DNA of 64,000 bases from Verrucomicrobiota bacterium (GTDB taxonomy: Bacteria; Verrucomicrobiota; Verrucomicrobiia; Verrucomicrobiales; Akkermansiaceae): assembly GCA_038747705.1 (NCBI GenBank), contig JBCDJP010000002.1, forward strand, positions 73,395-137,394. Direction: 5' to 3'. The notes beneath the pieces were generated by a model that saw only the letters and a list, made by a program, of their open reading frames with translations, searched no databases and was not told the DNA's origin. The position numbers and the translations under genes were made by a program. Below, piece by piece: positions 38,506-47,832 of the stretch (position 1 is its first letter; every line of letters starts with the position of its first letter).

Positions 38506-41208
38506 TCAGGTCCGCCAGATCACCCGCAGCGAGTCGAGGCGGAGACGTGGTGACTTCAGCGATTCCAGGGTTTCCTCCAGCGTCGATTCCAAGCCTGTGA
38601 TCTCGGACTCGTTAACTTGAGGATTACGCTTGGCGAGTTCCTTGAGGCGTTCGATCTCGGCAGTCAATCCGGCCTTGGCATTCTTCTTCGCCGCCTTGCG
38701 GCCGGGTTCAGCCTGCTTGTCGGCGAGTTCTTCGGCGAGCTTGAGCAGTTTGGGAAGGATGTCGTTGCGGAAGGCCGGCTGATTGACGAGTCGACGTGAA
38801 TCGCCGGGTTGAAGCGGCGCGGGTTTCAGAAGTTCGCTGAGGTCCTTGCCGGTGTGGTCGAGCATCACGCGGATCGAGGTCGGCGGCAGGAAGCGTTCGA
38901 TGTGCAGGCGCTGCGGAGCGAGGGCTTCGAGAACGAAGCAGCATTCGATCAACACAGCCTTGCCCTTGCCGGTCTCCCAACGGGCGAAGGACGCGTTGCC
39001 ATACTCGGAGCTGAGCAGGTGGTCGATCGCGCCGGTCAGCATCGGATGGTCGGCGGTGAGAAAGGTGAGGTCCTCACGCGCGAGAGCGTTGTCGCGATCG
39101 AAGGTGATCGAGAGTCCCTCCTCGGGCAGGTCGGCAAAGGCTTCGCTCAGGCGTTGGCTGCGCTTGAGGATGTAGGATCGCAGGGCCAGATCGGAGACCT
39201 TCAGGCCGAGCTTGTCGAATAGCCGGATGGTGAAGCGCTCGAAGGCGGGATCCTCGTCGGCCTGCTCGATCGTTTCGAGTAGCTTGGCCGCCTTCTCCGG
39301 TGCTGGTGCGCCGAGCTCGAGCAGGCGGTCGTGGCCGGTGGCAAGCTCCTCGATGATTTCATCCTTGAGCTGGCGTGAGCGTTTGAGGAAGGCATCGAAG
39401 GCGGCCTGGTCACCGGGTTCGAGTTCGTCGAGGCCGGGAAGCAGTTCGTGGGCGAGTTTGGTGGCACCCTTGAGCGGCTGGGTGAAGGCGTCGATGCCTT
39501 CATGCAGCCAACGTGCCTGAAGTTCGGACGGGCTATCGACGCCGTAGGGGACGTGGATGTGGATGGTTCCGGTCTGGCCGATGCGGTCGAGGCGGCCGAT
39601 GCGCTGCTCGAGCAGTTCGGGATCGCGCGGCAGGCCGAAGAGCACTAGGTGGCGCGCGAACTGGAAGTTGCGGCCTTCGCTGCCGATCTCGGAACAGATC
39701 AGGATGCGTGCCCCTTCGGGTTCGGCGAAGTAGGCGGCGTTGCGATCGCGCTCGAGCATCGAAAGGTCCTCGTGAAACAGGCCGACCTCGATATTGAGTT
39801 TTTCGAGCAGCTTTTCCTGGGTGCCGATCGCCGCCTCGGGTGAGCTGGTGATGAGCAGGATCTTTTCGTCCTCCGGCAGCTCGCGGACGAGCTTTGCCAG
39901 CCATTGGTAGGGCGAGGTACCGGGTTCGAGCGGATGAAGGTGCGGTTCGCGCTCGGGGAAGCCGCTGAGTTGCTCGCGGGTGTTGCGGAACAACACGCGA
40001 CCGGTGCCGAAGGTGTCGATCAGCTCGGCGATCAGATGCTTGCGGGCAGCTTCCTGGCCGAGCTTGACCTTGCCGAGCAGGGCGGAGGCGCGCTCGGACT
40101 TGTCGGCGAAGCTCTTGATGTCCTCCGGCAGATCGCCATCGAGCAGGGCGTCGATCGCACTGGCCAGGGGTGCGTAGGATTCGGCTTCCTTGAGAAAGGC
40201 GTCGAGATCGACGTAGCGGTCGGGATCGAGCAGGCGCAGGCGGGCGAAGTGGCCGGCCGGACCGAGTTGCTGCGGAGTGGCGGTGAGCAGCAGTAGGCTG
40301 GAGACCGACTTGGCCAGCGACTCGACCATGGAATACTCGCCCGAGCTCTCCTCGGGCGACCACTCGAGGTGGTGGGCTTCATCGACGATCAACAGGTCGA
40401 ACCCGGCCTCGCGAGCCTGCGCGGCGCGGTCGGGATGATCGGTGAGGAAGGAGGTCGCGCACAGGATCAGCTGGGAGTCGAGAAACGGGTTGCCTTCCGG
40501 ATCGCCGGCGTCGATCGAAACACAGCGCGCTTCGTCGAAGAGGGCGAAGAGCAGGTTGAAACGCCGCAGGAGCTCGACGAACCACTGGTGGACGAGCGGT
40601 TCGGGTACCAGAATCAGAATCCGGTCGGCGCGGCCGGTGAGGTGAAGGCGGTGAAGGATCAGGCAGGCTTCGATGGTCTTGCCCAGACCAACCTCGTCGG
40701 CGAGCAGCACGCGCGGGTGGAGCCGGTTGGCGGTTTCCGCGACAATGGCGAGCTGGTGCGGGATGAGGTCGATGCGGGCGCCGGTGAAGCCGCGGGCGGG
40801 TGACTGACGCAGCGTGGCGTTCCACTCGAGCGCGCGCAGGCGCAGGTCAAAGTCGCGGGGGTCATCGCACATGCCAGCCAGCAGCCGGTCGCTCGGCGAC
40901 GTGAAACTCAGGGTGTCGAGCAGGAAGGCCTCGGGTACTTCGATGCCCTCACCGTGGTAGGTGAGGATGCCGTCCTCCTCGTCCACATCGGTAACGTCAA
41001 ACTCCTGCTTGTCCGCGTTGGCGATCCGGTCGCCGACCTTGAAACGCACGCGCACCAGCGGGGCGGACTCAAGTGCGTAAAGTCGGGTTTGCTCGGCAGC
41101 GGGGAAGTGCAGCTCGACACGGTTGTCCTCGGTCGAGAGGACAATACCGAGGCCGAGGGTGGGTTCGGAAGTGGAGATCCAGCGTTGGCCGGGGGAGGGT
41201 GACTGCAT
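38506..41208 (-). CDS. rapA: RNA polymerase-associated SWI2/SNF2 ATPase RapA/HepA
   Basis: GQRWIS..E..LGLG, LLADEVGLGKTIEA, DEAHH, ATPQQLG, SEGRNFQFA, EQRIGRLDRIGQ, LRLDSLRVI. Confidence 0.93.
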   Translation of the reverse strand: MQSPSPGQRWISTSEPTLGLGIVLSTEDNRVELHFPAAEQTRLYALESAPLVRVRFKVGDRIANADKQEFDVTDVDEEDGILTYHGEGIEVPEAFLLDTLSFTSPSDRLLAGMCDDPRDFDLRLRALEWNATLRQSPARGFTGARIDLIPHQLAIVAETANRLHPRVLLADEVGLGKTIEACLILHRLHLTGRADRILILVPEPLVHQWFVELLRRFNLLFALFDEARCVSIDAGDPEGNPFLDSQLILCATSFLTDHPDRAAQAREAGFDLLIVDEAHHLEWSPEESSGEYSMVESLAKSVSSLLLLTATPQQLGPAGHFARLRLLDPDRYVDLDAFLKEAESYAPLASAIDALLDGDLPEDIKSFADKSERASALLGKVKLGQEAARKHLIAELIDTFGTGRVLFRNTREQLSGFPEREPHLHPLEPGTSPYQWLAKLVRELPEDEKILLITSSPEAAIGTQEKLLEKLNIEVGLFHEDLSMLERDRNAAYFAEPEGARILICSEIGSEGRNFQFARHLVLFGLPRDPELLEQRIGRLDRIGQTGTIHIHVPYGVDSPSELQARWLHEGIDAFTQPLKGATKLAHELLPGLDELEPGDQAAFDAFLKRSRQLKDEIIEELATGHDRLLELGAPAPEKAAKLLETIEQADEDPAFERFTIRLFDKLGLKVSDLALRSYILKRSQRLSEAFADLPEEGLSITFDRDNALAREDLTFLTADHPMLTGAIDHLLSSEYGNASFARWETGKGKAVLIECCFVLEALAPQRLHIERFLPPTSIRVMLDHTGKDLSELLKPAPLQPGDSRRLVNQPAFRNDILPKLLKLAEELADKQAEPGRKAAKKNAKAGLTAEIERLKELAKRNPQVNESEITGLESTLEETLESLKSPRLRLDSLRVIWRT

Positions 41209-41304
41209 GCGCGGGGGCTGTTAGCCCATGGCCGGGGATTGGCCAATGATCAAATCGGCGAATGTCGTGCTGGATCGGGCTTTCGGGTGGGGGTGTTGGG
41301 ATTT

Positions 41305-41399
41305 TACGAAAGGACGCGAAGCTCGAGGGGGAGGGATGTTGAGGTCACTTCGGCAGCCTCCAAGCCATCCCCATTGATTCATCTTCGCGGCTTTCTGTA
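41305..41399. repeat. About 95-bp imperfect intergenic hairpin
   Basis: TACGAAAGGACGCGAAG pairs with CTTCGCGGCTTTCTGTA; inner GGGATG/CATCCC. Confidence 0.55.
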
Positions 41400-41415
41400 G
41401 AACCTCAAAAAAGCC

Positions 41416-42825
41416 TCAGGGAACCGTCAGCTCGTGTGACCAGAAGAGCTGTAGCTCGGCGGGATCGATGAGGTAGCGGCGTTGCCCGTCGATGCCGGGT
41501 GCGGCGCTGTCGGAAAGGAGGGTGACACCGCTACTGGGGTCGGATGCAGGCATCCAGCTACTGAGGTCGCGGCTGGTCATCAGCTCGACCTCGAAGCCCT
41601 GACTCAGGGCCGTACCGGAAATCTGAACTTCTAGCACGCGGTCACCACCGTCGTCGACCGGCAGGAACGGCAGATCGTGGGCGGTCGGATCGAGCCCGAA
41701 AACAAAGTCGAAGCCGTTGGCGAACAGGTCGGTGTCGTCGTTGGCGGTGGGATCGGCCGAGACGCCGAAGCTGTCCGCCCATTCACCGATCAGGTCGGCT
41801 CCGGCGGCGAGGCGGAAATCGTCGTAGGCGATGTTGCCGCCGAGGTCCGTGACGGTCGAGCGGATCTCGAGCGTCAACGTGCCCGACTGGCTGGCAATGG
41901 CCGGGATTTCGACCAGTTCGTAGCCGTCGCTCCAGGTTTGCGCGCTGGTCCGGACGATCAACTTCGCCAGCGCGCCGTTGACCAGCGCCTCGCCAGTCAT
42001 GTCGTCGCTTCCCCACGAGACGTGACGGGCGTGGAGGAAGGAAAACGTGTAGGCACCGCCGGGAATGAGTCCGCTGACGGTCTGGGCGATGCCTCCCGGG
42101 CCATGGCCGTTGGTATCGACGACGTTGTTGCCCTCCGGCGGGTTGGCGTTGCCGAACTGGATGACGTCGACGTTTTCCTGCGTGACCAGCCATCCCGGTA
42201 GTGAGAATCCGCAGAGGTGGTCGTTGCCGGCGGGGCCGCTGTTGTCGGGATCGGTGGCGGGGTCGCTGAGGGCCGACTCGAAGCCACCGTTGACCAGTTG
42301 CCGACCACCGCGCGCGTCGTTGATCACGCTCAGGTTTGCCCAATCTTCGGATGGTGGCACGGGCAGCCCGCCGAGATCAATGCGGATGTCATCGATCAGC
42401 AGGCCCGGGTTGCTGGTCTCGAGCGACTCGATGCGCAGGGTGGCGGTTGCCGCCGACGGCGTGAAGGCGAAGCCGTTGCAGGAAAGGTATTCGTTGTCCT
42501 GCGAGGTGTGGAGTTCGCCGAGTGGTTGGCCATCGACCAGTACACGGGCGCTCGAAAGAATGAAGCTGAAGCCGCTCTGTGAAAGGTAGGCGAGCTGGAG
42601 ATGGTGGCTTTGTCCCGGGCTCAGGCCGGTGAGCGTTTGCTCGATGAAGCCGTCTTCAAGATCGAGCCGATGGCTGCCATCGAAGGCGAAACCGCTTTCC
42701 ACCGAGACATCGCTCGACGTCCAGCCGGTGAGACCATCTTCGAAGCTGAGATTGGTCCCGCTGGGAAGGGCCAGTAGTGGCAGGGGAATCAGCAGCAGGA
42801 AGGTGACGAGGAATGCGGGGGACAC
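41416..42825 (-). CDS. Secreted protein with two DUF642/CBM-like domains and a C-terminal GLDPT / S-x-DL-x-x-W domain
   Basis: Signal peptide, NLSFEDG, LVNGGFE, EW...FG.S.DP...FDFVFGLDPT, TSRDLSSW. Confidence 0.72.
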   Translation of the reverse strand: MSPAFLVTFLLLIPLPLLALPSGTNLSFEDGLTGWTSSDVSVESGFAFDGSHRLDLEDGFIEQTLTGLSPGQSHHLQLAYLSQSGFSFILSSARVLVDGQPLGELHTSQDNEYLSCNGFAFTPSAATATLRIESLETSNPGLLIDDIRIDLGGLPVPPSEDWANLSVINDARGGRQLVNGGFESALSDPATDPDNSGPAGNDHLCGFSLPGWLVTQENVDVIQFGNANPPEGNNVVDTNGHGPGGIAQTVSGLIPGGAYTFSFLHARHVSWGSDDMTGEALVNGALAKLIVRTSAQTWSDGYELVEIPAIASQSGTLTLEIRSTVTDLGGNIAYDDFRLAAGADLIGEWADSFGVSADPTANDDTDLFANGFDFVFGLDPTAHDLPFLPVDDGGDRVLEVQISGTALSQGFEVELMTSRDLSSWMPASDPSSGVTLLSDSAAPGIDGQRRYLIDPAELQLFWSHELTVP

Positions 42826-42873
42826 CGGGGAGTTCCTACCAACCGGATCCGGGAAAGGCGAGCCGTCAGGCGA

Positions 42874-43134
42874 TCAGTAGCGGCAGGGCCGGGGGCGCGG
42901 GTAGTAGCCGTAGGGCGGACGGTAGTAGCCGCCGCCGTAGTAGTAGCTTTCGCCGCGCTTGCTGTTGCGGCCGACCGCGTAGCTGATGGCAGCAGCGGCG
43001 GCGACCCCAGCAGCAGCTGCGGCAGGATCGACCGATTGCACCGGGTTGCCCTGGGCGTCGTAGGTGGTCATGCAGGAAGTCGCCAAGGCGGGGACCAGGG
43101 CGAGGGCGGCGAGCTTGCAGGCGAGCTTTTTCAT
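42874..43134 (-). CDS. Small Tyr/Pro-rich lipoprotein
   Basis: LATSC lipobox, YDAQG.PVQ.VDP, YYYGGGYYRPPY. Confidence 0.7.
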   Translation of the reverse strand: MKKLACKLAALALVPALATSCMTTYDAQGNPVQSVDPAAAAAGVAAAAAISYAVGRNSKRGESYYYGGGYYRPPYGYYPRPRPCRY

Positions 43135-43268
43135 GGAATTCGAGCAGGTTGACTCTCCAATGACGCATCTCGTCAGGTTTTATTCAAATCGGTGGGGCAG
43201 GAATCCGGAGAAATGCCCGGATCGAGCTTGGAAGGTGGGAGGAAATTCGCCGTAGTCTTCAGGTCATC

Positions 43269-44231
43269 ATGAAATCCCTCGCTCTCGCCCTTACCATGGC
43301 TGCCCTGACCATCCTTGCCGCGACCGAAGATGCCGTTGAACCGAAACGCATTGTCTTCATCGCCGGTGCGAAGAGTCACAAGTCCGGGGACCACGAATTT
43401 CGGGCCGGCTGCATGTTGCTCGCCAAGGCGCTCAACGAACAAAGCGGCCTGCCGGTGAAGGCCGAGGTGGTCGGACCCGACTGGGGCAAGGATCGCTCGG
43501 TCCTCGATGGTGCCGATGCGGTGGTCGTCTACTGCGATGCCACCAGCGCAATCAAGAACGACCTCGAGCACCTCGACAAGCTGGCCAAGGAAGGACTGGG
43601 CCTGATGTTCATGCACTACGCGGTGCACCCTTCGAAAGAAGTCGGCGAGGATTACTTTCGTCCGTGGATGGGCGGCGCGATGGAGGACAACTTTTCGGTC
43701 AATCCCCACTGGCTGGCCAACTTGAAGGTGAAGCCGGGCCATCCGATTGCAGAAGGTGTGCCGGAGGAGTTCGAGAGCTTTGACGAGTTCTACTACAACA
43801 TGCGCTTCATCGAGAATCGCGAACGCGTGCTCGACCTGGTGACCGCCGTGCCGACGCGGGAGCGCATGCGCCACTACATCAACATGTGGGACTGGCATGG
43901 CGCCGAGGGCATGGGCAAGCCGCAGACCCTGATGTGGGGACTCGAGCGCGAGGACGGTGGCCGCGGGGTCGGCTTCGTCGGCGGCCACTACCACAAGAAC
44001 TGGGCGCTCGATCCTTTCCGCACCGCGGTGCTCAATGCGATCGTCTGGACCGCCGGCATGGAGGTGCCGAAAGGCGGCGTGAAATCGGATCAGGTGACCG
44101 AAGACATGCTGAACGAGAACCTCGACGACTACGGCGACCAGACCAAACGGATCAAGCTGCCCGACCTCGATGCGATCCGCAAGATGCCGCCGGCGAAAGT
44201 GAATCCGAACCGCGAGAAGCGGCCGCAGTAA
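43269..44231 (+). CDS. ThuA (trehalose-utilisation-like) domain protein
   Basis: IVFIAG.KSH..G.HE..AG, DEFYY, GRGVGFVGGHYH. Confidence 0.82.
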   Translation: MKSLALALTMAALTILAATEDAVEPKRIVFIAGAKSHKSGDHEFRAGCMLLAKALNEQSGLPVKAEVVGPDWGKDRSVLDGADAVVVYCDATSAIKNDLEHLDKLAKEGLGLMFMHYAVHPSKEVGEDYFRPWMGGAMEDNFSVNPHWLANLKVKPGHPIAEGVPEEFESFDEFYYNMRFIENRERVLDLVTAVPTRERMRHYINMWDWHGAEGMGKPQTLMWGLEREDGGRGVGFVGGHYHKNWALDPFRTAVLNAIVWTAGMEVPKGGVKSDQVTEDMLNENLDDYGDQTKRIKLPDLDAIRKMPPAKVNPNREKRPQ

Positions 44232-44272
44232 GGAGAAGCGGGTCCGGAATCATCACTTCCAACGAGACGACG

Positions 44273-44626
44273 ATGAAGGTGGAGAAAGTCAAATACGTGA
44301 TCTGGGCTTCGGACTGGCGACGCTGCGTGGCCTTCTACCGCGATCTTTTCGGCGGGAAGGTGACGATGGAAATGGAGGTATGGAGCGAGGTGATCATCGC
44401 CGGTGCCACCATCGGAATCCACGGCGGCGGCGAAGGCAAGCGGACCTGGACGGGGATGTCCTTTCAGCTCGATGACCTGCGCGAGGGGATCGAAGCGCTC
44501 AAGCGTCACGGTGGCGCGTTGACGAGTGAGCCGGTCGACACCGAGGAGGACCCGCTGCACCTCGCGATGTGTGTCGACCCCGATGGCAACGAATTCATGA
44601 TGACCCAGCGACGGCAGTCGGCCTGA
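44273..44626 (+). CDS. VOC/glyoxalase family protein
   Basis: AFYRDLFG, IGIH, DPDGNEF. Confidence 0.85.
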   Translation: MKVEKVKYVIWASDWRRCVAFYRDLFGGKVTMEMEVWSEVIIAGATIGIHGGGEGKRTWTGMSFQLDDLREGIEALKRHGGALTSEPVDTEEDPLHLAMCVDPDGNEFMMTQRRQSA

Positions 44627-44819
44627 AACCGATTCCCGACTTCCTGCTACTGGCGCGAGGAAGCGCGAGTCCAAGAGGGCCGTGGGGCCTTCCCATCGTC
44701 GGACCATTGCAAGCGAACTATCGATAAATAATTTTTATTGAAAGCGCAATACCCGTCCTGTCGTAGTCCGAGCTCTCTGGCGTTCTGACATCCAGAGGAA
44801 ATCCATCACGCTTGAGACG

Positions 44820-46184
44820 ATGCTTCGAGATTACCACCACTTCCTCCTCAGTCTGCTTCTCTACTCTGCCTCTGGCCCCGTGCTCGGCGCCGGTCCCGAG
44901 TTGCTCATGATTCTCGCGGATGGTGTCGCGGCGCCGGAGAGCGTTCCTGCTTCGTCAGCGCAGCCGGGGAAGGACCAGGACCGCTCCGGGATGGGGTTCA
45001 GGTCATCAGGCTTCGACCTCTCCGGTTGGAAGCTCGTCTGGCGGGATGAGTTCGACGGTTCGGAGGAGGATCTCGACGCCCGCTGGGAGTCACAGAATGG
45101 TCCGAGTGGCCACATCCTCTGTAGTCGCTGGAGGGAGAATGTGTCGGTCAGCAATGGCACCCTGAAACTGACCAATCGCAAGGAGAAACGCGGTGGTCAG
45201 GAGTGGACATCGGGAAGCATCTGGACCCGTGAGCAGTTCCGCTACGGCTACTATGAATGCCGTTATCGATACGCCACAGCTCCGGCGACCAACAATTCCT
45301 TCTGGCTCATGACTCTCGGTCCCGATCCCGAGAAGGGCAAGAGGTTCGAGATCGATATCAACGAGGGCCACTACCCGAGCGAAGTGAACACCAACATCCA
45401 CAACTGGACGGACATCACGACAAGGGAGGACGGCTCCAAATCCCACCCTTCCGACTCCGAGACCTTTCCTTTCGGTGTCTCTCAGGATCGTGTGGTGCAG
45501 CTTGAAATTCCCGTCTCAACCCGACGGATCCGCCTGGTTTCGGAGCAAGTGGGGCGCGTCAACATCGGTGAGTTTCAGATCTTCGGTGTCAGTGATTCAG
45601 GCTATCCCGATATCATGAAGTCGGGCGATTCTCGTCCGGGATTGTTCGACTTCGTCAAGGATGCCGGCACCACGATCTCAGTAAGCGGGCACTACAAACC
45701 CGACTCTCCACAGTCGATGTCGGTCCTGAAAGATGGGAATCCCAATACGGCATGGTCGAGCAATGTGGAGGGGCCGAAGTCCATCGAGTTTGTTTTCGAT
45801 GAACCAAGGACGGTCGGATGTGTCCAGTTCAGCAACGGATGGAAGGGGAAGGAGGGACTTGGGGTCTACCTCACGGAGTATCGGCTCGAGTACTTTGATG
45901 GGAAAAAATGGGTGGATATGTCGACCTTCAACCTTGCCGAGGGCGAGTTTGATTTCTCACGCGATTTCCACACCTACGGCCTCGAGTGGAACGAAGATGA
46001 GATCATCTTCTACTTCAACGGACAGGAACTACGTCGTGAGAAGAATGAGTTTGCTCATGGTCCCAGCCCCATTTGGCTCAGCCTTGCAATCATCAGCTGG
46101 TCCGGTGAGGTGACCGATGCGATCGACGGCACCTCCATGGAGGTGGATTATGTTCGCTATTACCAAAAGAAGGACCGTGGCTGA
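44820..46184 (+). CDS. GH16 glycoside hydrolase with an internal F5/8 (discoidin/CBM32-like) insertion
   Basis: WKLVWRDEFDG, YGYYECR, FEIDINE (ExDxxE), DFHTYGLEW, MEVDYVRYYQ. Confidence 0.85.
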   Translation: MLRDYHHFLLSLLLYSASGPVLGAGPELLMILADGVAAPESVPASSAQPGKDQDRSGMGFRSSGFDLSGWKLVWRDEFDGSEEDLDARWESQNGPSGHILCSRWRENVSVSNGTLKLTNRKEKRGGQEWTSGSIWTREQFRYGYYECRYRYATAPATNNSFWLMTLGPDPEKGKRFEIDINEGHYPSEVNTNIHNWTDITTREDGSKSHPSDSETFPFGVSQDRVVQLEIPVSTRRIRLVSEQVGRVNIGEFQIFGVSDSGYPDIMKSGDSRPGLFDFVKDAGTTISVSGHYKPDSPQSMSVLKDGNPNTAWSSNVEGPKSIEFVFDEPRTVGCVQFSNGWKGKEGLGVYLTEYRLEYFDGKKWVDMSTFNLAEGEFDFSRDFHTYGLEWNEDEIIFYFNGQELRREKNEFAHGPSPIWLSLAIISWSGEVTDAIDGTSMEVDYVRYYQKKDRG

Positions 46185-46376
46185 TCCCGAACTGCCGAGT
46201 GAGGAGGAATAGCCGTCGATGAAGGCGGCGTGCCGCCTGTTCATGATACAGAAGCAGAATCTCTCCTGATCATGCTGATTCCGTCGCTCAAGGGGTTTTT
46301 CGCGATTGGTGAGGCGATGAGTGTCGACACCAGAAACATGGGATTCATGATGTCGCTGCAACATTGCAATCAAGGC

Positions 46377-46700
46377 ATGATCGAAGTTTATCGTGATCGG
46401 GAGATGGCCCGGATCGGACAGCTCAAGGGGTTGCTCGAGTCGGAAGGCATCAAGACCTTCGTGCGCAATGAGAACGTCTCGATGACCGAGGCAGCGATCC
46501 CGGTCTTTGCGCCGGCGCTCTGTATTCTCGATGATAAGGACAAGGCGAAGGCGCTGGAGCTGATTCAGCAGTTCGAGGAAGGTGATGAGGAGGTCGACGC
46601 GCCGGAGATCCGTTGTCCGGCCTGCGGTGAGATGAATCCGGGGAACTTCGCCGTCTGCTGGAAGTGCCAGGCGGAACTGGAGCCTCCTGCAGCCGAATGA
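46377..46700 (+). CDS. DUF2007-like protein with a C-terminal zinc ribbon
   Basis: LKGLLESEGI..FVRNE, CPACGE.NP.NF..CWKC; start set at MIEVY. Confidence 0.78.
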   Translation: MIEVYRDREMARIGQLKGLLESEGIKTFVRNENVSMTEAAIPVFAPALCILDDKDKAKALELIQQFEEGDEEVDAPEIRCPACGEMNPGNFAVCWKCQAELEPPAAE

Positions 46701-47359
46701 AGGCAACCCATCAACTGGCCGAGTGCGAGGCGCCCGATGGCAGCCGGATGGTGCTGCAGGAGCACGACGGCGAGTATTTCATGAAGATCGACGGCGTGAC
46801 CCTGATGAGCACGACCGCGACGGCCTCCGAGCAGCAGATGGCCGAGCTGGCCTGTGAGGGCGAACCGCGACGGGTGCTGATTGGCGGGCTGGGCTTCGGG
46901 TTCACCCTCCGGCGGGTATTGGAGCTTGTGGGGCCCGAGGCCGAGGTCGAGGTGGCCGAGCTGCTGCCCGAAGTGCTGGCATGGAATCGCGAGCACCTTG
47001 CGGATGTGAATGGCGCGCTACTCGATGACCCGCGGGTGAAGATCCACCTCGGGGATGTGAAGCAGTGCATCGAGCGGGCTTCGGGTGGTGGGTTGGATGC
47101 GCTGCTGCTCGATGTTGACAACGGCCCCGACTCGCTCGTCCACCGTGACAACGACCGGCTCTACGGCCGCCGCGGTTTCCGCAAGATCAAGTCGGCCCTC
47201 TCACGCCGTGGGCGGGTGGTTTTCTGGTCGGCGAATCGCGACAAGGGTTTCGCCCGAGAGCTGGCGAAGGAATTCGTCGACGTTCGCTCGATCGGTGCCA
47301 AGGCCTATCCGAAGGCGAAGCGGTTCTCGCACACTTTGTTTGTGGGGGAGAAGGGATGA
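46697..47359 (+). CDS. Spermidine-synthase-like SAM-dependent methyltransferase (second paralog)
   Basis: LIGGLGFGFTL, LLDVDNGP; ATGA overlap with the upstream stop. Confidence 0.82.
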   Translation: MKATHQLAECEAPDGSRMVLQEHDGEYFMKIDGVTLMSTTATASEQQMAELACEGEPRRVLIGGLGFGFTLRRVLELVGPEAEVEVAELLPEVLAWNREHLADVNGALLDDPRVKIHLGDVKQCIERASGGGLDALLLDVDNGPDSLVHRDNDRLYGRRGFRKIKSALSRRGRVVFWSANRDKGFARELAKEFVDVRSIGAKAYPKAKRFSHTLFVGEKG

Positions 47360-47459
47360 GTGCCTGCAGAATGGTGAACCTTAAGGTCGAAAAGGGTGTT
47401 CGGCGAGGTGATCCGATTGTCTCTCCAGAGCTGCCAAACTTTCGCGATCCGGAAAAGGC

Positions 47460-47813
47460 TTACTCCGGAAGCTCGAGGACATCCGGTGGTGGCAGGTCCT
47501 GGTATTCCGAGGGCAGGGGTGGCAGGTCGGGGTCGAGGGATTCGAGGTCGGGGTTGCCGTCGTTGGCGGGAGGAAAGAAGTCCGGGGGGAGTTCGCCGGA
47601 CTGCTGACGGGCGGCTTCTTCCTTCTTCTTCTTGGCCTCTTCCTTGGCCTTCTCTTTCTCCTTCTTTGCCTTCCGGGCCTTGTGGGCTTCGACCGGTTTC
47701 GAAACGGCGCGGGCGGTGCCGCGGGTGACGCCGCCGACGACCCTGAAGGGCATTTGGATCAGGCCGCAGGAGCACAGGGCGAAGGTTAGGACGATGGCAG
47801 TCAGGCGGATCAC
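47460..47813 (-). CDS. Hypothetical lipoprotein, Lys- and Pro-rich
   Basis: ALCSC lipobox, PFRVVGG; GTG start inferred. Confidence 0.6.
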   Translation of the reverse strand: MIRLTAIVLTFALCSCGLIQMPFRVVGGVTRGTARAVSKPVEAHKARKAKKEKEKAKEEAKKKKEEAARQQSGELPPDFFPPANDGNPDLESLDPDLPPLPSEYQDLPPPDVLELPE

Positions 47814-47832
47814 GGTGCGATGAGTTACAGGG

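Noticed and set aside
43161-43175. TGACG-N5-CGTCA palindrome in a divergent intergenic region
   Set aside because: Single short copy with no candidate regulator nearby; compatible with chance.
22053-47359. Two spermidine-synthase-like paralogs as a dedicated system
   Set aside because: They are 24 kb apart in unrelated contexts, and this family is often multicopy.
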